NCBI GenBank assembly: GCA_031378895.1
Contig: JANNEP010000011.1
Span: 6,685-70,684 of the forward strand
Length of the DNA: 64,000 nt
Source: Hyphomicrobium sp.
Lineage (GTDB): Bacteria; Pseudomonadota; Alphaproteobacteria; Rhizobiales; Hyphomicrobiaceae
Reading direction: 5' to 3'
In this document: positions 17,717 to 26,815 of the stretch, one piece after another
Position numbering within the stretch: the first letter of the stretch is position 1
How the letters are laid out: each line of letters opens with the position of its first letter
The notes under the pieces: model-generated
The model's input: the letters and a program-made list of their open reading frames with translations, nothing else
What the model was told of the DNA's origin: nothing
The model's database searches: none
Translations under genes and position numbers: made by a program

Positions 17717-19651
17717 CTAAGGTGCGGTCCGGGCTTGCCACCCGCCGCCGTCCTTGGCGGGCGCTTTGTTGGTGTTCTGCCCCTTCATTTCACCCGGATA
17801 GAAAACCGCGCTCGGGCGCGCCGATTTGATGATTTGGCCCGTGCCCGTGCCGTCGCTGCTTGAGATCATGGGCGCACCGTCCGCCGATGCCGGCTCGGTC
17901 TTGATGACGCTTTCGCCCGTCGTCATATCGATCACGAGGCGGGTGCCGCGTACGACATTCTTGCCTTGGGTCAGCACGACATCGCCACCGAGCGTCGCCA
18001 TATTGGCCTTGATGTCGAAGTCGGCCCAGTCGCCCTTGGCGTTCTGGCCTTCGAGCGAGGTGACCTCCACCTTTTTGCGGGCCTGGATATGCGTCAGCTG
18101 CGCCGCAGCTCCAGCCCTCGCGGTGTCTGCACCGGTGCCTGAGAGCCCCGCCGAACCCGTGTACGAGGCCGTGAGTTCGGCTGCACGGATGACGAAAGCA
18201 CCCTGAACTGCCCGGACACTGCCCGTAAAGACGGCGCGTTTAGTAGCGTCATCAACATCCAGCCGGTCGGATTCGACATTGACCGGCGCATTGGGGTCGG
18301 TCTTGAAGGTTGCCCCCATGGCGATGCCTTGCCCGGATGGCTCGGTCTTCGCCGCCGGGGCTGGCGATGATTGTGCCCCCGCTGCCTGTTGGAATCGAGC
18401 CGTGACGCGTCCCGCCGCGCCAGCGCCGCCTGGGGCCGTAAGCTGCATCTTGCTCGAGGTCCGGTCGAAGAACAGGCGGCGTCCCTTAAGTTCATTGATG
18501 CCCTGGGTCACGATCACATTGCCGGTCAGCAGCACCGTATTCGCGGCCTGATCGATTTCGGCCCTATCGCCAACGGCGCGCTTATCAGGCAGCTGCGACA
18601 TGACCACATCGCCGTCGAGCACGGCTTTCTGACTTACCGCATCGAAGTCGGCGCCGTGGCTCGTCACCATTTCCCCCGTTGGCTGTTTAAGCACAACGGG
18701 CGACTTGGCGACGATGCGTTTGACTTTGCCGCCGCTGTCCTCGCCAGCTGATGTGCCAGCTGATGCGGGAGCCGCTGAACCCTCATACGAAACCTCGAGT
18801 TCTGGGGATGTTAACGTCGCGCCGCCTTGCACGGCCCGGACTTGGCCGGTGAACAAAGCCAGCTTGGCGGCATCGTTGATGTCGAGCCGGTTCGACGTAA
18901 TATCAACGGGGTCGGAGGCGTTACCGAAGGCCTGTTGTGCTTTGTCCCGGGGCGCGGCAGCGGCCTCAGCGGGCGAGCGCGCCTTTAGAAACGTCCGCAC
19001 GTTATTCACAAACGTGTACTCGCGGGTTTTCTGCCGGACCGTCATTTGGTTGGCGTTGATGGAGCCCGCGCTCATCATTACGAGCACCGGCTCATCCGAT
19101 GTGATGATACTTTCTTTCGTATTGATCGACGCGCGCGTCAGGTGGGCTTTCATTCCGGCGTCACCTGCCACATCAATCGAGTCAAACAGTTCGAGCTGAT
19201 TGGCCTTGTTGTCAAAGGTCCCGCGCGTCGCCGTCAGAATGGTCTTGAGCTTTTGCGCATCCGTCAGCTCGCCGGTAATGCCGTTGAGCTTGATCACACT
19301 CAACGCTTTCAGATCTTGCTGCGCCGTTTGGGCTTTGACCCAATAGCGGCCGCCGTCCTTGTTGAAGCCCTCATAGTGCGGGTTATCCATCGTCAAGTTT
19401 TCCGGCAAAATCTGCGGGATCGCGAGATCGGGGATACCGGCGCCCCAGCCGATCTTCTTCATCACCGCGGCGCCGTAGATGGCAAACACGGAAAGCGCCA
19501 CAAGCGGCAGGGCGGCTTTAAATAGCCGGACGTTGCGCGAATGCCGGTGCGCAGTCTGGCGACTCGCCGTGCGATCGCCCGCAAGCACGATGCCGCCGCC
19601 GCTCGGGCGCACCCGGCCTGTCGTGACCACGCTGTCACTCGTGCTCGCCAT
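17717..19651 (-). CDS. lptC: LptC-LptA-LptA fusion (LPS periplasmic bridge)
   Basis: N-terminal TM plus LptC (MDNPHYEGF), then two OstA/LptA units starting PVDITSNRL (aa ~248) and PVNVESDRL (aa ~456). Confidence 0.85.
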   Translation of the reverse strand: MASTSDSVVTTGRVRPSGGGIVLAGDRTASRQTAHRHSRNVRLFKAALPLVALSVFAIYGAAVMKKIGWGAGIPDLAIPQILPENLTMDNPHYEGFNKDGGRYWVKAQTAQQDLKALSVIKLNGITGELTDAQKLKTILTATRGTFDNKANQLELFDSIDVAGDAGMKAHLTRASINTKESIITSDEPVLVMMSAGSINANQMTVRQKTREYTFVNNVRTFLKARSPAEAAAAPRDKAQQAFGNASDPVDITSNRLDINDAAKLALFTGQVRAVQGGATLTSPELEVSYEGSAAPASAGTSAGEDSGGKVKRIVAKSPVVLKQPTGEMVTSHGADFDAVSQKAVLDGDVVMSQLPDKRAVGDRAEIDQAANTVLLTGNVIVTQGINELKGRRLFFDRTSSKMQLTAPGGAGAAGRVTARFQQAAGAQSSPAPAAKTEPSGQGIAMGATFKTDPNAPVNVESDRLDVDDATKRAVFTGSVRAVQGAFVIRAAELTASYTGSAGLSGTGADTARAGAAAQLTHIQARKKVEVTSLEGQNAKGDWADFDIKANMATLGGDVVLTQGKNVVRGTRLVIDMTTGESVIKTEPASADGAPMISSSDGTGTGQIIKSARPSAVFYPGEMKGQNTNKAPAKDGGGWQARTAP

Positions 19652-19783
19652 CAGCGCCCATCAAAATTGAAAATCCCCAGTTTCTGTGAGCACTGTCGGC
19701 GTGAAATGGGGAGACTTTGGGACTAATGCCGCCCAGGGGAGGTTTTAGGCGCCATTTATCCTGTTTGGCGGCCCAAAACGCGG

Positions 19784-20404
19784 TCAATGCGCGAAAATAT
19801 CCTGCTCGCTGAAGCCCGCGAGGTCGAGCTTCGCCCGCGTCGCCAGGAACGCGAAGGCAGCTTGCGCGAACGCCGTCCGCCCCTCGCGCGCCAGCATTTC
19901 GTCGAGTTTGGCTTTGAGTTTGTGCAGGTAGAGAACGTCGGAGGCTGCATAGGCCAGCTGGCTTTGCGACAGTTCGCTCGCCCCCCAGTCGGAGCTCTGC
20001 TGTTGTTTCGAGAGTTCGACGCCGAGGAGTTCGGCGCATAGATCCTTGAGCCCATGCCGGTCGGTGTAGGTGCGCACCAGCTTTGAGGCGATCTTGGTGC
20101 AATAGACGGGCGCCGTATTGATCTCGAGATACTTTTCTAACACCGCGACGTCGAAGCGCGCGAAATGAAAGATCTTGAGAACCTTGGGGTCCTTGAGCAG
20201 GGCTTTCAAGCGCGGCGCGGCGTAGCGCTCGCCGTCGAACTGTACGAGATGGGCCGTGCCGTCGCCGCTCGAGAGCTGCACCAGGCACAGCCGGTCGCGG
20301 TGCGGGTTGAGGCCGAGCGTTTCGGTATCGATGGCGACGCCTGCTGGGAATTTTAAGCCCGCCGGGAGATCGCCTTTGTGCAGCTTGAGTGTCGGAGTGG
20401 CCAA
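19784..20404 (-). CDS. rnd: Ribonuclease D (short alphaproteobacterial type)
   Basis: VAIDTETLGLNPHRDRLCLVQL, KIFHFARFD, QQQSSDWG; TTG start at 20404 with CAGGAGG RBS. Confidence 0.92.
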   Translation of the reverse strand: MATPTLKLHKGDLPAGLKFPAGVAIDTETLGLNPHRDRLCLVQLSSGDGTAHLVQFDGERYAAPRLKALLKDPKVLKIFHFARFDVAVLEKYLEINTAPVYCTKIASKLVRTYTDRHGLKDLCAELLGVELSKQQQSSDWGASELSQSQLAYAASDVLYLHKLKAKLDEMLAREGRTAFAQAAFAFLATRAKLDLAGFSEQDIFAH

Positions 20405-20459
20405 AAGCGGCCTCCTGTCTGAAGGAGAAAAGAGGCGGCGGGGAAACTCAAAAAAAACA

Positions 20460-20545
20460 TGGTGCCCAGAAGAGGACTCGAACCTCCACGCCTTGTGAGC
20501 GCTGCTACCTGAAAGCAGTGCGTCTACCAATTCCGCCATCTGGGC
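20460..20545 (-). tRNA. tRNA-Leu(CAG)
   Basis: GCCCAGA acceptor stem, anticodon arm CTGCT-TTCAGGT-AGCAG, long variable arm, GGTTCGAGTCC, encoded CCA. Confidence 0.96.
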
Positions 20546-20742
20546 ATTTTCAGGAATTGTGAGGTAAAGCGGGATCGGGCGGAAGTCAATTGTGCCGTCT
20601 AGATATCAGCTTGCGAACAACCCGCCACGCTTCACAGGGGCGGCTATGCCCAGTACAACGTGCCTAGTACAAAAGTTCCGGTGCATCCGGGCCGGTACCG
20701 GTCACGTACAACATTGCGTATCAGCGGGTGAGATCAGACAAC

Positions 20743-21717
20743 ATGGCGACGGACCGCGGCTTGGTGACGGTGTTTGGCGGTTCGGGATTTGTCGGCCGCC
20801 ACACGGTCTCGGCTCTAGCAAAGCGGGGTCACCGCGTGCGAGCGGCGGTCCGGCGGCCCGATCTGGCCGGGCACCTGCAACCCATGGGCGCCGTCGGCCA
20901 AATTCATGCCGTGCAGGCGAACCTGCGTTTTCCAGAGTCGGTTGCCCGCGCCGTCGAGGGCGTGGACGCCGTGATCAACGCGGTCGGAATTTTGGCGCCG
21001 CTCGGGTCGCAGTCATTCGATGCGGTTCATGCGGAGGGCGCGCGGGCCGTCGCCAAAGCCGCACGCGAAGCAGGCGTCACGCGTCTCATCCACGTCTCGG
21101 CGATCGGCGCGGACAAGGCGTCGGCCGCCAGCTATGCGCGCTCGAAGGCTGCGGGTGAACAGGCCGTGCTGGAGGAGTTTCCCGGCGCGATCATTCTCAG
21201 ACCCTCAATCGTGTTCGGCCCGGAAGACGAATTCTTTAACCGCTTTGCAGCGCTCGCCCGCATGAGCCCGGTCTTGCCTTTGATCGGCAGCGGCAGAACA
21301 AAATTTCAGCCGGTCTATGTCGGAGACCTCGCGAGCGCGATCGCCAACGCCGTCGACGGTTTGGGCAAACCTGGAACCGTCTATGATATCGGTGGCCCAG
21401 AGGTGCTGACCTTCCGTCAGCTGTTCGACAAAACGCTGGCTTTCACAGATCGCCGGCGCGGTTATCTGCCGATGCCGTTCTGGTTGGCGACGCTGCAGGC
21501 TCTGGCGACGTGGCCGCTGCCGAATGCACTTCGGCCCATCACCGTCGATCAAGTGCGGCTCTTGAAGCGCGATAATATCGTTTCTGATACCGCGGTCAGC
21601 GAGGGACGAACACTTGCGGCACTCGGCGTTGACAGCCCCACAACCGTTGACGCAATCGTTCCCGGCTATTTGGAGCGCTTCAAAGCCAAGGGCCAATACG
21701 CCCATTATCGCAACTAA
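20743..21717 (+). CDS. Complex I NDUFA9-family NAD(P)-binding protein
   Basis: VTVFGGSGFVGRH, RPSIVFGPED, FQPVYVGD, PITVDQVRLL. Confidence 0.9.
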   Translation: MATDRGLVTVFGGSGFVGRHTVSALAKRGHRVRAAVRRPDLAGHLQPMGAVGQIHAVQANLRFPESVARAVEGVDAVINAVGILAPLGSQSFDAVHAEGARAVAKAAREAGVTRLIHVSAIGADKASAASYARSKAAGEQAVLEEFPGAIILRPSIVFGPEDEFFNRFAALARMSPVLPLIGSGRTKFQPVYVGDLASAIANAVDGLGKPGTVYDIGGPEVLTFRQLFDKTLAFTDRRRGYLPMPFWLATLQALATWPLPNALRPITVDQVRLLKRDNIVSDTAVSEGRTLAALGVDSPTTVDAIVPGYLERFKAKGQYAHYRN

Positions 21718-21722
21718 CGAAA

Positions 21723-21749
21723 AAGCCCCAGCCGCGAGAGCTGGGGCTT
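21723..21749. terminator. Bidirectional hairpin between convergent genes
   Basis: AAGCCCCAGC-CGCGAGA-GCTGGGGCTT. Confidence 0.65.
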
Positions 21750-21781
21750 GGCAGTTGTTAGGCCAGGCGCGTGGAGACGTC

Positions 21782-22069
21782 TTAATTCAGAGGCGCAATC
21801 GCCAGATCGCCTTCTTCTGCGTGGCCAATTGCGGCCTGCAGCGTGTCGGTCAGTGCTATCGGTGTTCCGTCCGCGGCGTGAAGAGAGAATAGGTTGATGC
21901 CCCTCGGCAAGCCGTCGATCAGCGGAAACATGCGGCTCGCCTGTTGCGGCGACAGCGTCTTGATGTAGGCAACCTCGCCGCCGCCGAGACGCGCGAAATC
22001 ACCTTCGCTCATGGCGGGTGGAGCAAGGCTCGCCGCCTTGCGGGACTTGACGGGTGTCTTGGCTGTCAT
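21782..22069 (-). CDS. DUF1150 family protein
   Basis: VAYIK...LFSLHAADGTPIALTD; directly downstream of Hsp20, the usual pairing. Confidence 0.85.
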   Translation of the reverse strand: MTAKTPVKSRKAASLAPPAMSEGDFARLGGGEVAYIKTLSPQQASRMFPLIDGLPRGINLFSLHAADGTPIALTDTLQAAIGHAEEGDLAIAPLN

Positions 22070-22115
22070 GACGCTCTTCCTCCTTAGGGGCGCGCTAGTG
22101 CGGTCAGTAAAACTA

Positions 22116-22144
22116 ATATGGGATCCGTTTAGGACTTTTATAAG
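22116..22144 (-). promoter_or_regulatory. RpoH-like promoter for the DUF1150 gene
   Basis: Minus strand CTTA-N18-CCCATAT. Confidence 0.45.
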
Positions 22145-22219
22145 AGGTCCGGCCAGGCATTCCCTGACCTTGATCCTCTGACGATTCGCTCAACTCCGCT
22201 GTCACTCGAAAGACTCAGC

Positions 22220-22669
22220 TCAACTACGGTTTTTTGGACTTGTAGTGCTTTTGCCAATCTCAATCGTGCGCACCACTCTCTCGGGATCGAGCCGGTGCAG
22301 GTCGATCTCTAAGAGCCCGTTGGCAAGGTCTGCGCTTCGGACTTCGATGCCGCCGGCGAGCACGAACGTGCGCGAAAATTGCCGCGCCGCGATGCCGCGA
22401 TACAGATACTCGCGCATGGTGCCGTCGTTCTGCTTGCCGCGGACGGTAAGCTCTTTGTCTTCGAGCGTGATCTCGAGCTGCTCAGCTGTGAAGCCTGCGA
22501 CCGCAAGTGTAATGCGCAGTAACTCCACGCCACCGTCGCCCTTGGCGATCCGCTCGATGTTGTAGGGGGGATAGCTGTCGCCAGAGCCCTTGCCGGCGCG
22601 GTCGATCAGCCGTTCGATTTCCTCGAAACCCAGCAAAAGCGGGTTCGAGAGCATGGTCATGCGTGTCAT
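22220..22669 (-). CDS. Small heat-shock protein (Hsp20/IbpA-like)
   Basis: LLLGFEE, YPPYNIE, ITLAVAGF, YLYRGIAARQFSRTFVLA, NGLLEIDL. Confidence 0.93.
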   Translation of the reverse strand: MTRMTMLSNPLLLGFEEIERLIDRAGKGSGDSYPPYNIERIAKGDGGVELLRITLAVAGFTAEQLEITLEDKELTVRGKQNDGTMREYLYRGIAARQFSRTFVLAGGIEVRSADLANGLLEIDLHRLDPERVVRTIEIGKSTTSPKNRS

Positions 22670-22696
22670 TCGAAAGCCCTTTTCAGAAGCGACCTT
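22667..22696 (-). promoter_or_regulatory. ROSE-like RNA thermometer hairpin over the Hsp20 RBS
   Basis: AAGG-UCGCU-UCUGAAA-AGGG-CUUU-CGA-AUG: U(U/C)GCU opposite the SD with a bulged G. Confidence 0.55.
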
Positions 22697-22809
22697 CTTG
22701 TAAATCGTGGCATGCAGGTCCAAGCATTTTCGTTGCATTTTCGTTCCGGGCACCGTTAGGCCACCCACCGCCGCCCGTCCCCATATGGGGCCCAGGACCG
22801 GCTGACCAG

Positions 22810-22837
22810 ATATGGGGCGTAGAGCAGCATGTGCAAG
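22810..22837 (-). promoter_or_regulatory. RpoH (sigma32) promoter for Hsp20
   Basis: Minus strand CTTGCA-N15-CCCATAT. Confidence 0.6.
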
Positions 22838-22935
22838 CGGCGTTGTGGCCACCGGAATGGGGCCGCCTTAGTCCTGCTCGACTTATCCGCCATTTGGCCT
22901 GCGAAAATCACGCGTATCCTAAGAAGGGGCCCGTT

Positions 22936-23637
22936 ATGACCAAGCTTCGACCGATCCTTGCCGCTGCCGTCATGGCTTTGGGGCTCGCTGGACCCACTGC
23001 CGCCGATGATAAAGCCGCGGCAGTGACCCCGGTGGCCGAAACAGCCGCGTCTGACGGCGTTAAAGCATCGGACAATCCGCCAGAAGTTGAGCTCACTGCT
23101 GCGGAAAAAGCCGAACGGGACGCCCGCAAGGCCTGTAAGATCGCGATTTGCCAGGCGTTCCACAGCAAGCAGGCGGACGGCGCAGATATCGCGTGCAACG
23201 TCGTCAAGAGCTGGCGCAAGGAGCAGCTCGGTAAACTCGTCGGCAAACTGAAAGTCTCGTGGCCCTACGGTGCCGTCCGCTGCACTTCAGCCGTGCATTT
23301 GAAGCGTGCCGATCTCGTCCAGGCCATGATTGATGACAAACTCGAGGTGCAGCTCGATAAACACGCCGTCGCCTGCGTCGTCGAGCGCGAGCCGGATGCT
23401 CCAACAGACATCAAGTTCGATTTTTCGCCGAAAGTGACCTTCGAAAAGGGCAAGGCGACCCAAGCCAAGATCAATTGGGGCAAGATCGAAGCTCCGGCCA
23501 TGATCAAGACCGCGTTGTGGACGGCAACAGCTGCCGACAACACAGTAAATATTCTCTCCAGCACGCTGATCGAGGACATCAACAGCTTCGTCGACAAGAA
23601 GTGCGACGAGGTCAAGGATCAGTGGGCCTCGAAGTAG
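22936..23637 (+). CDS. Hypothetical exported protein with six Cys
   Basis: Signal peptide MTKLRPILAAAVMALGLAGPTAA; AAGAAGGGG RBS. Confidence 0.75.
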   Translation: MTKLRPILAAAVMALGLAGPTAADDKAAAVTPVAETAASDGVKASDNPPEVELTAAEKAERDARKACKIAICQAFHSKQADGADIACNVVKSWRKEQLGKLVGKLKVSWPYGAVRCTSAVHLKRADLVQAMIDDKLEVQLDKHAVACVVEREPDAPTDIKFDFSPKVTFEKGKATQAKINWGKIEAPAMIKTALWTATAADNTVNILSSTLIEDINSFVDKKCDEVKDQWASK

Positions 23638-23802
23638 CTGCAGGCACGTCCAGCTGAACTCCTCCGATCAAAATAAATGTAATACTGTTATCAGGGGCGC
23701 TTATGGCAATGCCCCGAAAATACGATTAGTGCTTATTTTTTAAAGCGTCTATAAACCGTTTCGTTGAGTAGTTTTATGCGGCTCTGTTGGAGGAAATACC
23801 TA

Positions 23803-23892
23803 ATGAAAATTTGGTCCAAGCCCGAAGTTCGCGAGCAGGAAGTTGGTCTCGAAGTTACCAGCTATCTCCCGGCTGAAATCGACATCATCTAA
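23803..23892 (+). CDS. pqqA: PQQ precursor peptide PqqA (29 aa, not in ORF track)
   Basis: MKIWSKPEVREQEVGLEVTSYLPAEIDII; E-x3-Y core (EVTSY), W-x-K-P start, GGAGG RBS at 23789-23793. Confidence 0.88.
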   Translation: MKIWSKPEVREQEVGLEVTSYLPAEIDII

Positions 23893-23923
23893 GTGATGCC
23901 GCTCATTGATTGAGCTCATTCTC

Positions 23924-23960
23924 GGCGATCGGGGCCCTCCCGGTCGCCGTAATTGTTTGT
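23924..23960 (+). terminator. Hairpin after pqqA
   Basis: GGCGATCGGG-GCCCT-CCCGGTCGCC followed by a T-rich tract. Confidence 0.55.
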
Positions 23961-23980
23961 CGTGGTTCGGGATCTCTACG

Positions 23981-25810
23981 TTACGCCTCGATGACCGCGC
24001 GCCTGTCTTCTAATTCAAGCCACTGAGCTTCGGCAGTATCGAGCGCGCGTTGTGCAGCGCTGAGTTTCGCCGTTGCCACGTCGAACGCCGCCCGGTCGCG
24101 CGCGAACAGCCCGGCGTCGCCAAGAGCCGCGTTGTAGGCCGCGATTTCTTTCTCGAGCCGCGTGATATCCTGCGGTAGCGTCTCAAGCGCGTGTTTTTCC
24201 TTGAACGACAATTTGCGCGTGGGGCGGCGCTCCGGGACCGGCGCTGCCACTGCAGCCGCTGCGGCGGAACTCGTTGCCAATGCCGCCTCGCGCGCCGCCA
24301 GTGCTTTCTTGTCCAACGCTGCACCCTTGCGCTGGGCGAGCATGTCGGAATATCCGCCAGCGTAGTCGATCCAGCGGCCGTTGCCATCGGGCGCGAGTAC
24401 GCTCGTCACAACGCGGTCGAGGAAATCGCGGTCGTGGCTAACGAGTAGAACCGTGCCCGCGTAATCAGCGAGTAGTTCTTGCAGCAAATCGAGCGTTTCA
24501 AGATCGAGGTCGTTGGTCGGCTCGTCGAGCACGAGCACGTTCGATGATTTGGCCAAAGCCCGCGCCAGCATCAGCCTCGCCCGTTCGCCGCCTGAGAGCA
24601 CGCGCAACGGTGTTAGACGTTGTTCGGGCTGGAACAGGAAATCCTTCATGTAGCTGGCAACGTGCCGTGCCTTGCCATTGATGACGACCTGATCGCCGCG
24701 ACCGCCGGTCAGCGCTTCCGCAACCGTCCAATTGGGATCGAGTTCGTCGCGGCGCTGATCGAGGGCGACGAGTTCGAGATTGGTGCCGAGCCGGATGGTG
24801 CCGCTGTCGGGCTCCAGTGCGCCGGTCAGCAGTTTCAGAATTGTGGTTTTGCCTGCGCCATTCGGTCCGACAAGACCGAGACGATCACCGCGCATGATCC
24901 GCAACGACAGCTCGTTGACGATTTGAACGCCGCCGTAGGTCTTGGATGCCTTTTTGGTCTCGGCGACCAGCCGGCCCGAAAGCCCGCCTTCCGCCGCATC
25001 GAGCCGCACGTTGCCCTGGACGTTGCGCTGCTCGCGCACGTCTTGGCGCATGGATTTAAGCTCGCGCACACGCCGGACGTTGCGCTTGCGCCGCCCCGTG
25101 ACGCCGCCGTGCATCCACTGATTTTCGCGAATGATCTTGCGGTCGAGTTTGTGGCGTTCGATTTCTTCCTCTTCGAGCACCGTGTCGCGCCAATCTTCGA
25201 ACGCTTCAAAGCCTTGCTCCAGGCGCCGTGCGGTGCCGCGATCGAGCCAGACGGTGGCGCGCGACAGATTTTCGAGGAAGCGGCGGTCGTGACTGATCAG
25301 CACAATCGCCGAGCGCAACGACTTGAGTTCGGCCTCCAGCCATTCGATGGCCGGAAGATCGAGGTGGTTTGTCGGTTCATCCAGCAGCAGCACGTCTGGG
25401 TTCGGCGCCATCACACGGGCGAGCGCCACGCGGCGGGCTTCGCCGCCTGACAGCTCATCGGGGTTCTCGAGCCCCGTCAGGCCGAGTTCGCTCAACAGGT
25501 ATTGGGCGCGATAGTGTTCATCCGTTGGACCGAGACCGGCTTCGACGTAGGCGAGTGTTGTCTCGAAACCTATAAAATCAGCTTCCTGCGGCAAATAGCG
25601 GATGCTGGCTGCGGGATGAGCAAAGCGTTCGCCGTGGTCGGGCTGGATCGAACCGGCGGCGATCTTGAGCAGCGTCGACTTACCCGAGCCGTTGCGGCCG
25701 ACGAGGCAAATGCGATCGCCGGGCGCGACCGTCAGCTCGGCACCTTCGAGCAGAGGGTGGCCGCCAAAGGTCAGGTGGATGTCTTTCAACGTCAAAAGAG
25801 GTGGGGCCAT
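23981..25810 (-). CDS. uup: ABC-F ATPase (Uup-like)
   Basis: Two ABC domains (GRNGSGKST/LSGGE/LLDEPTNHLD; GPNGAGKTT/LSGGE/DEPTNDLD) and a C-terminal KLSFKEKHALE coiled coil. Confidence 0.88.
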   Translation of the reverse strand: MAPPLLTLKDIHLTFGGHPLLEGAELTVAPGDRICLVGRNGSGKSTLLKIAAGSIQPDHGERFAHPAASIRYLPQEADFIGFETTLAYVEAGLGPTDEHYRAQYLLSELGLTGLENPDELSGGEARRVALARVMAPNPDVLLLDEPTNHLDLPAIEWLEAELKSLRSAIVLISHDRRFLENLSRATVWLDRGTARRLEQGFEAFEDWRDTVLEEEEIERHKLDRKIIRENQWMHGGVTGRRKRNVRRVRELKSMRQDVREQRNVQGNVRLDAAEGGLSGRLVAETKKASKTYGGVQIVNELSLRIMRGDRLGLVGPNGAGKTTILKLLTGALEPDSGTIRLGTNLELVALDQRRDELDPNWTVAEALTGGRGDQVVINGKARHVASYMKDFLFQPEQRLTPLRVLSGGERARLMLARALAKSSNVLVLDEPTNDLDLETLDLLQELLADYAGTVLLVSHDRDFLDRVVTSVLAPDGNGRWIDYAGGYSDMLAQRKGAALDKKALAAREAALATSSAAAAAVAAPVPERRPTRKLSFKEKHALETLPQDITRLEKEIAAYNAALGDAGLFARDRAAFDVATAKLSAAQRALDTAEAQWLELEDRRAVIEA

Positions 25811-25918
25811 GGGACGGGGTGTAGTCGGGGTGGGGTGACCGGGCAAGTGAGGCAAATACAGCAACTGGGGGTGGTGGTACCCCTTGCCCTTGCCCCCCGT
25901 GCTCCCCATTTATACTCA

Positions 25919-26173
25919 ATGGATACCGCTTTCGACTTTACCGCCCCGGCCGAGGTGTTTACGGCCAAACGCATGGGCTCGCGGGCTCAGCCAGTGACCT
26001 ATCGCCGGTTTGGGGCGGGCTCTGAGGCTGTGCAATACGTGATCGAAATTCTGCCCGCGACGAAGCTCGCGAGTACCGTGCTCGAAGCTGGTGACGAACG
26101 TTACGACGCCAAAGCCATCCGGGGTCTCTACGACAGCCCAGACTACCCGCTGCCCCGCGCCAGCACGGCGTAG
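25919..26173 (+). CDS. Conserved small hypothetical protein
   Basis: MDTAFDFTAPAEVF...YRRF...AVQYVIE...ERY...IRGLYDSPDYPL, resembles a recurring Rhizobiales small-protein family. Confidence 0.7.
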   Translation: MDTAFDFTAPAEVFTAKRMGSRAQPVTYRRFGAGSEAVQYVIEILPATKLASTVLEAGDERYDAKAIRGLYDSPDYPLPRASTA

Positions 26174-26320
26174 TCGAACTGCCTCCCCGCCTGGATGCCC
26201 GGCCGGCAACTTTGTTAAGACTCTTCAATCACCGTGCACGCGTTATCGTGACCCGTTCAGACCAATCGCGTGTCATGCGAGCGTAGTGCTCATCGATTGG
26301 CCGAGGTTTCACGTTACATT

Positions 26321-26518
26321 ATGCTGATCGAAGGTATCGCTGCCGCCGCTATTTTGGCAGGCCTCGCGTGGATTTATCACACGCGCGCCAAACCCGCAGG
26401 TGCGCCCCGCAATGCAGAAATCGCTAAACGCGACCGTTTTGCAACCGGGACTGGTAACGCGGATCTGCGGGCCTTGCGCACAAAGAAGGGCGGCCGAACT
26501 GAATTCGGTCAACGCTAG
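26321..26518 (+). CDS. Small single-TM hypothetical protein
   Basis: MLIEGIAAAAILAGLAWIYH followed by a basic tail. Confidence 0.5.
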   Translation: MLIEGIAAAAILAGLAWIYHTRAKPAGAPRNAEIAKRDRFATGTGNADLRALRTKKGGRTEFGQR

Positions 26519-26556
26519 AGCAGGTTCCGACCATACGGCACCAGCATCAGGATTTT

Positions 26557-26694
26557 CCTCTCCCAAGGGGAGAGGATGCCCGAAGGGCAGGTGAGGGACT
26601 TGGCGTGATGTGTTGGGGATCTAAGCCCCTCATCCGCCCCCCATTCTTTGGCGCTACCGCGCCGGGCGGGGCACCTTCTCCCCAAGGGAGAAGG
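26557..26694. repeat. Inverted pair of CCTCTCCC/CCCCTCATCC-type palindromic repeats
   Basis: CCTCTCCCAAGGGGAGAGGATGCCCGAAGGGCAGGTGAGGG (26557-26597) and CCCCTCATCCG...GCACCTTCTCCCCAAGGGAGAAGG (26626-26694). Confidence 0.85.
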
Positions 26695-26815
26695 ACACCG
26701 GCCGCGATTCGATGAGATCGGAATCTGCGCTAGTAGGCTTGCGTTAAAAGCACCATTTAAACAGTGTCTGCCGGTTTGCGCATCCGGTCACAGCCTAACA
26801 GTAAAAAAATCTCAG

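Noticed and set aside
20405-20539. Long N-terminus of RNase D in the ORF track
   Set aside because: It runs through tRNA-Leu. The TTG at 20404 has a CAGGAGG RBS.
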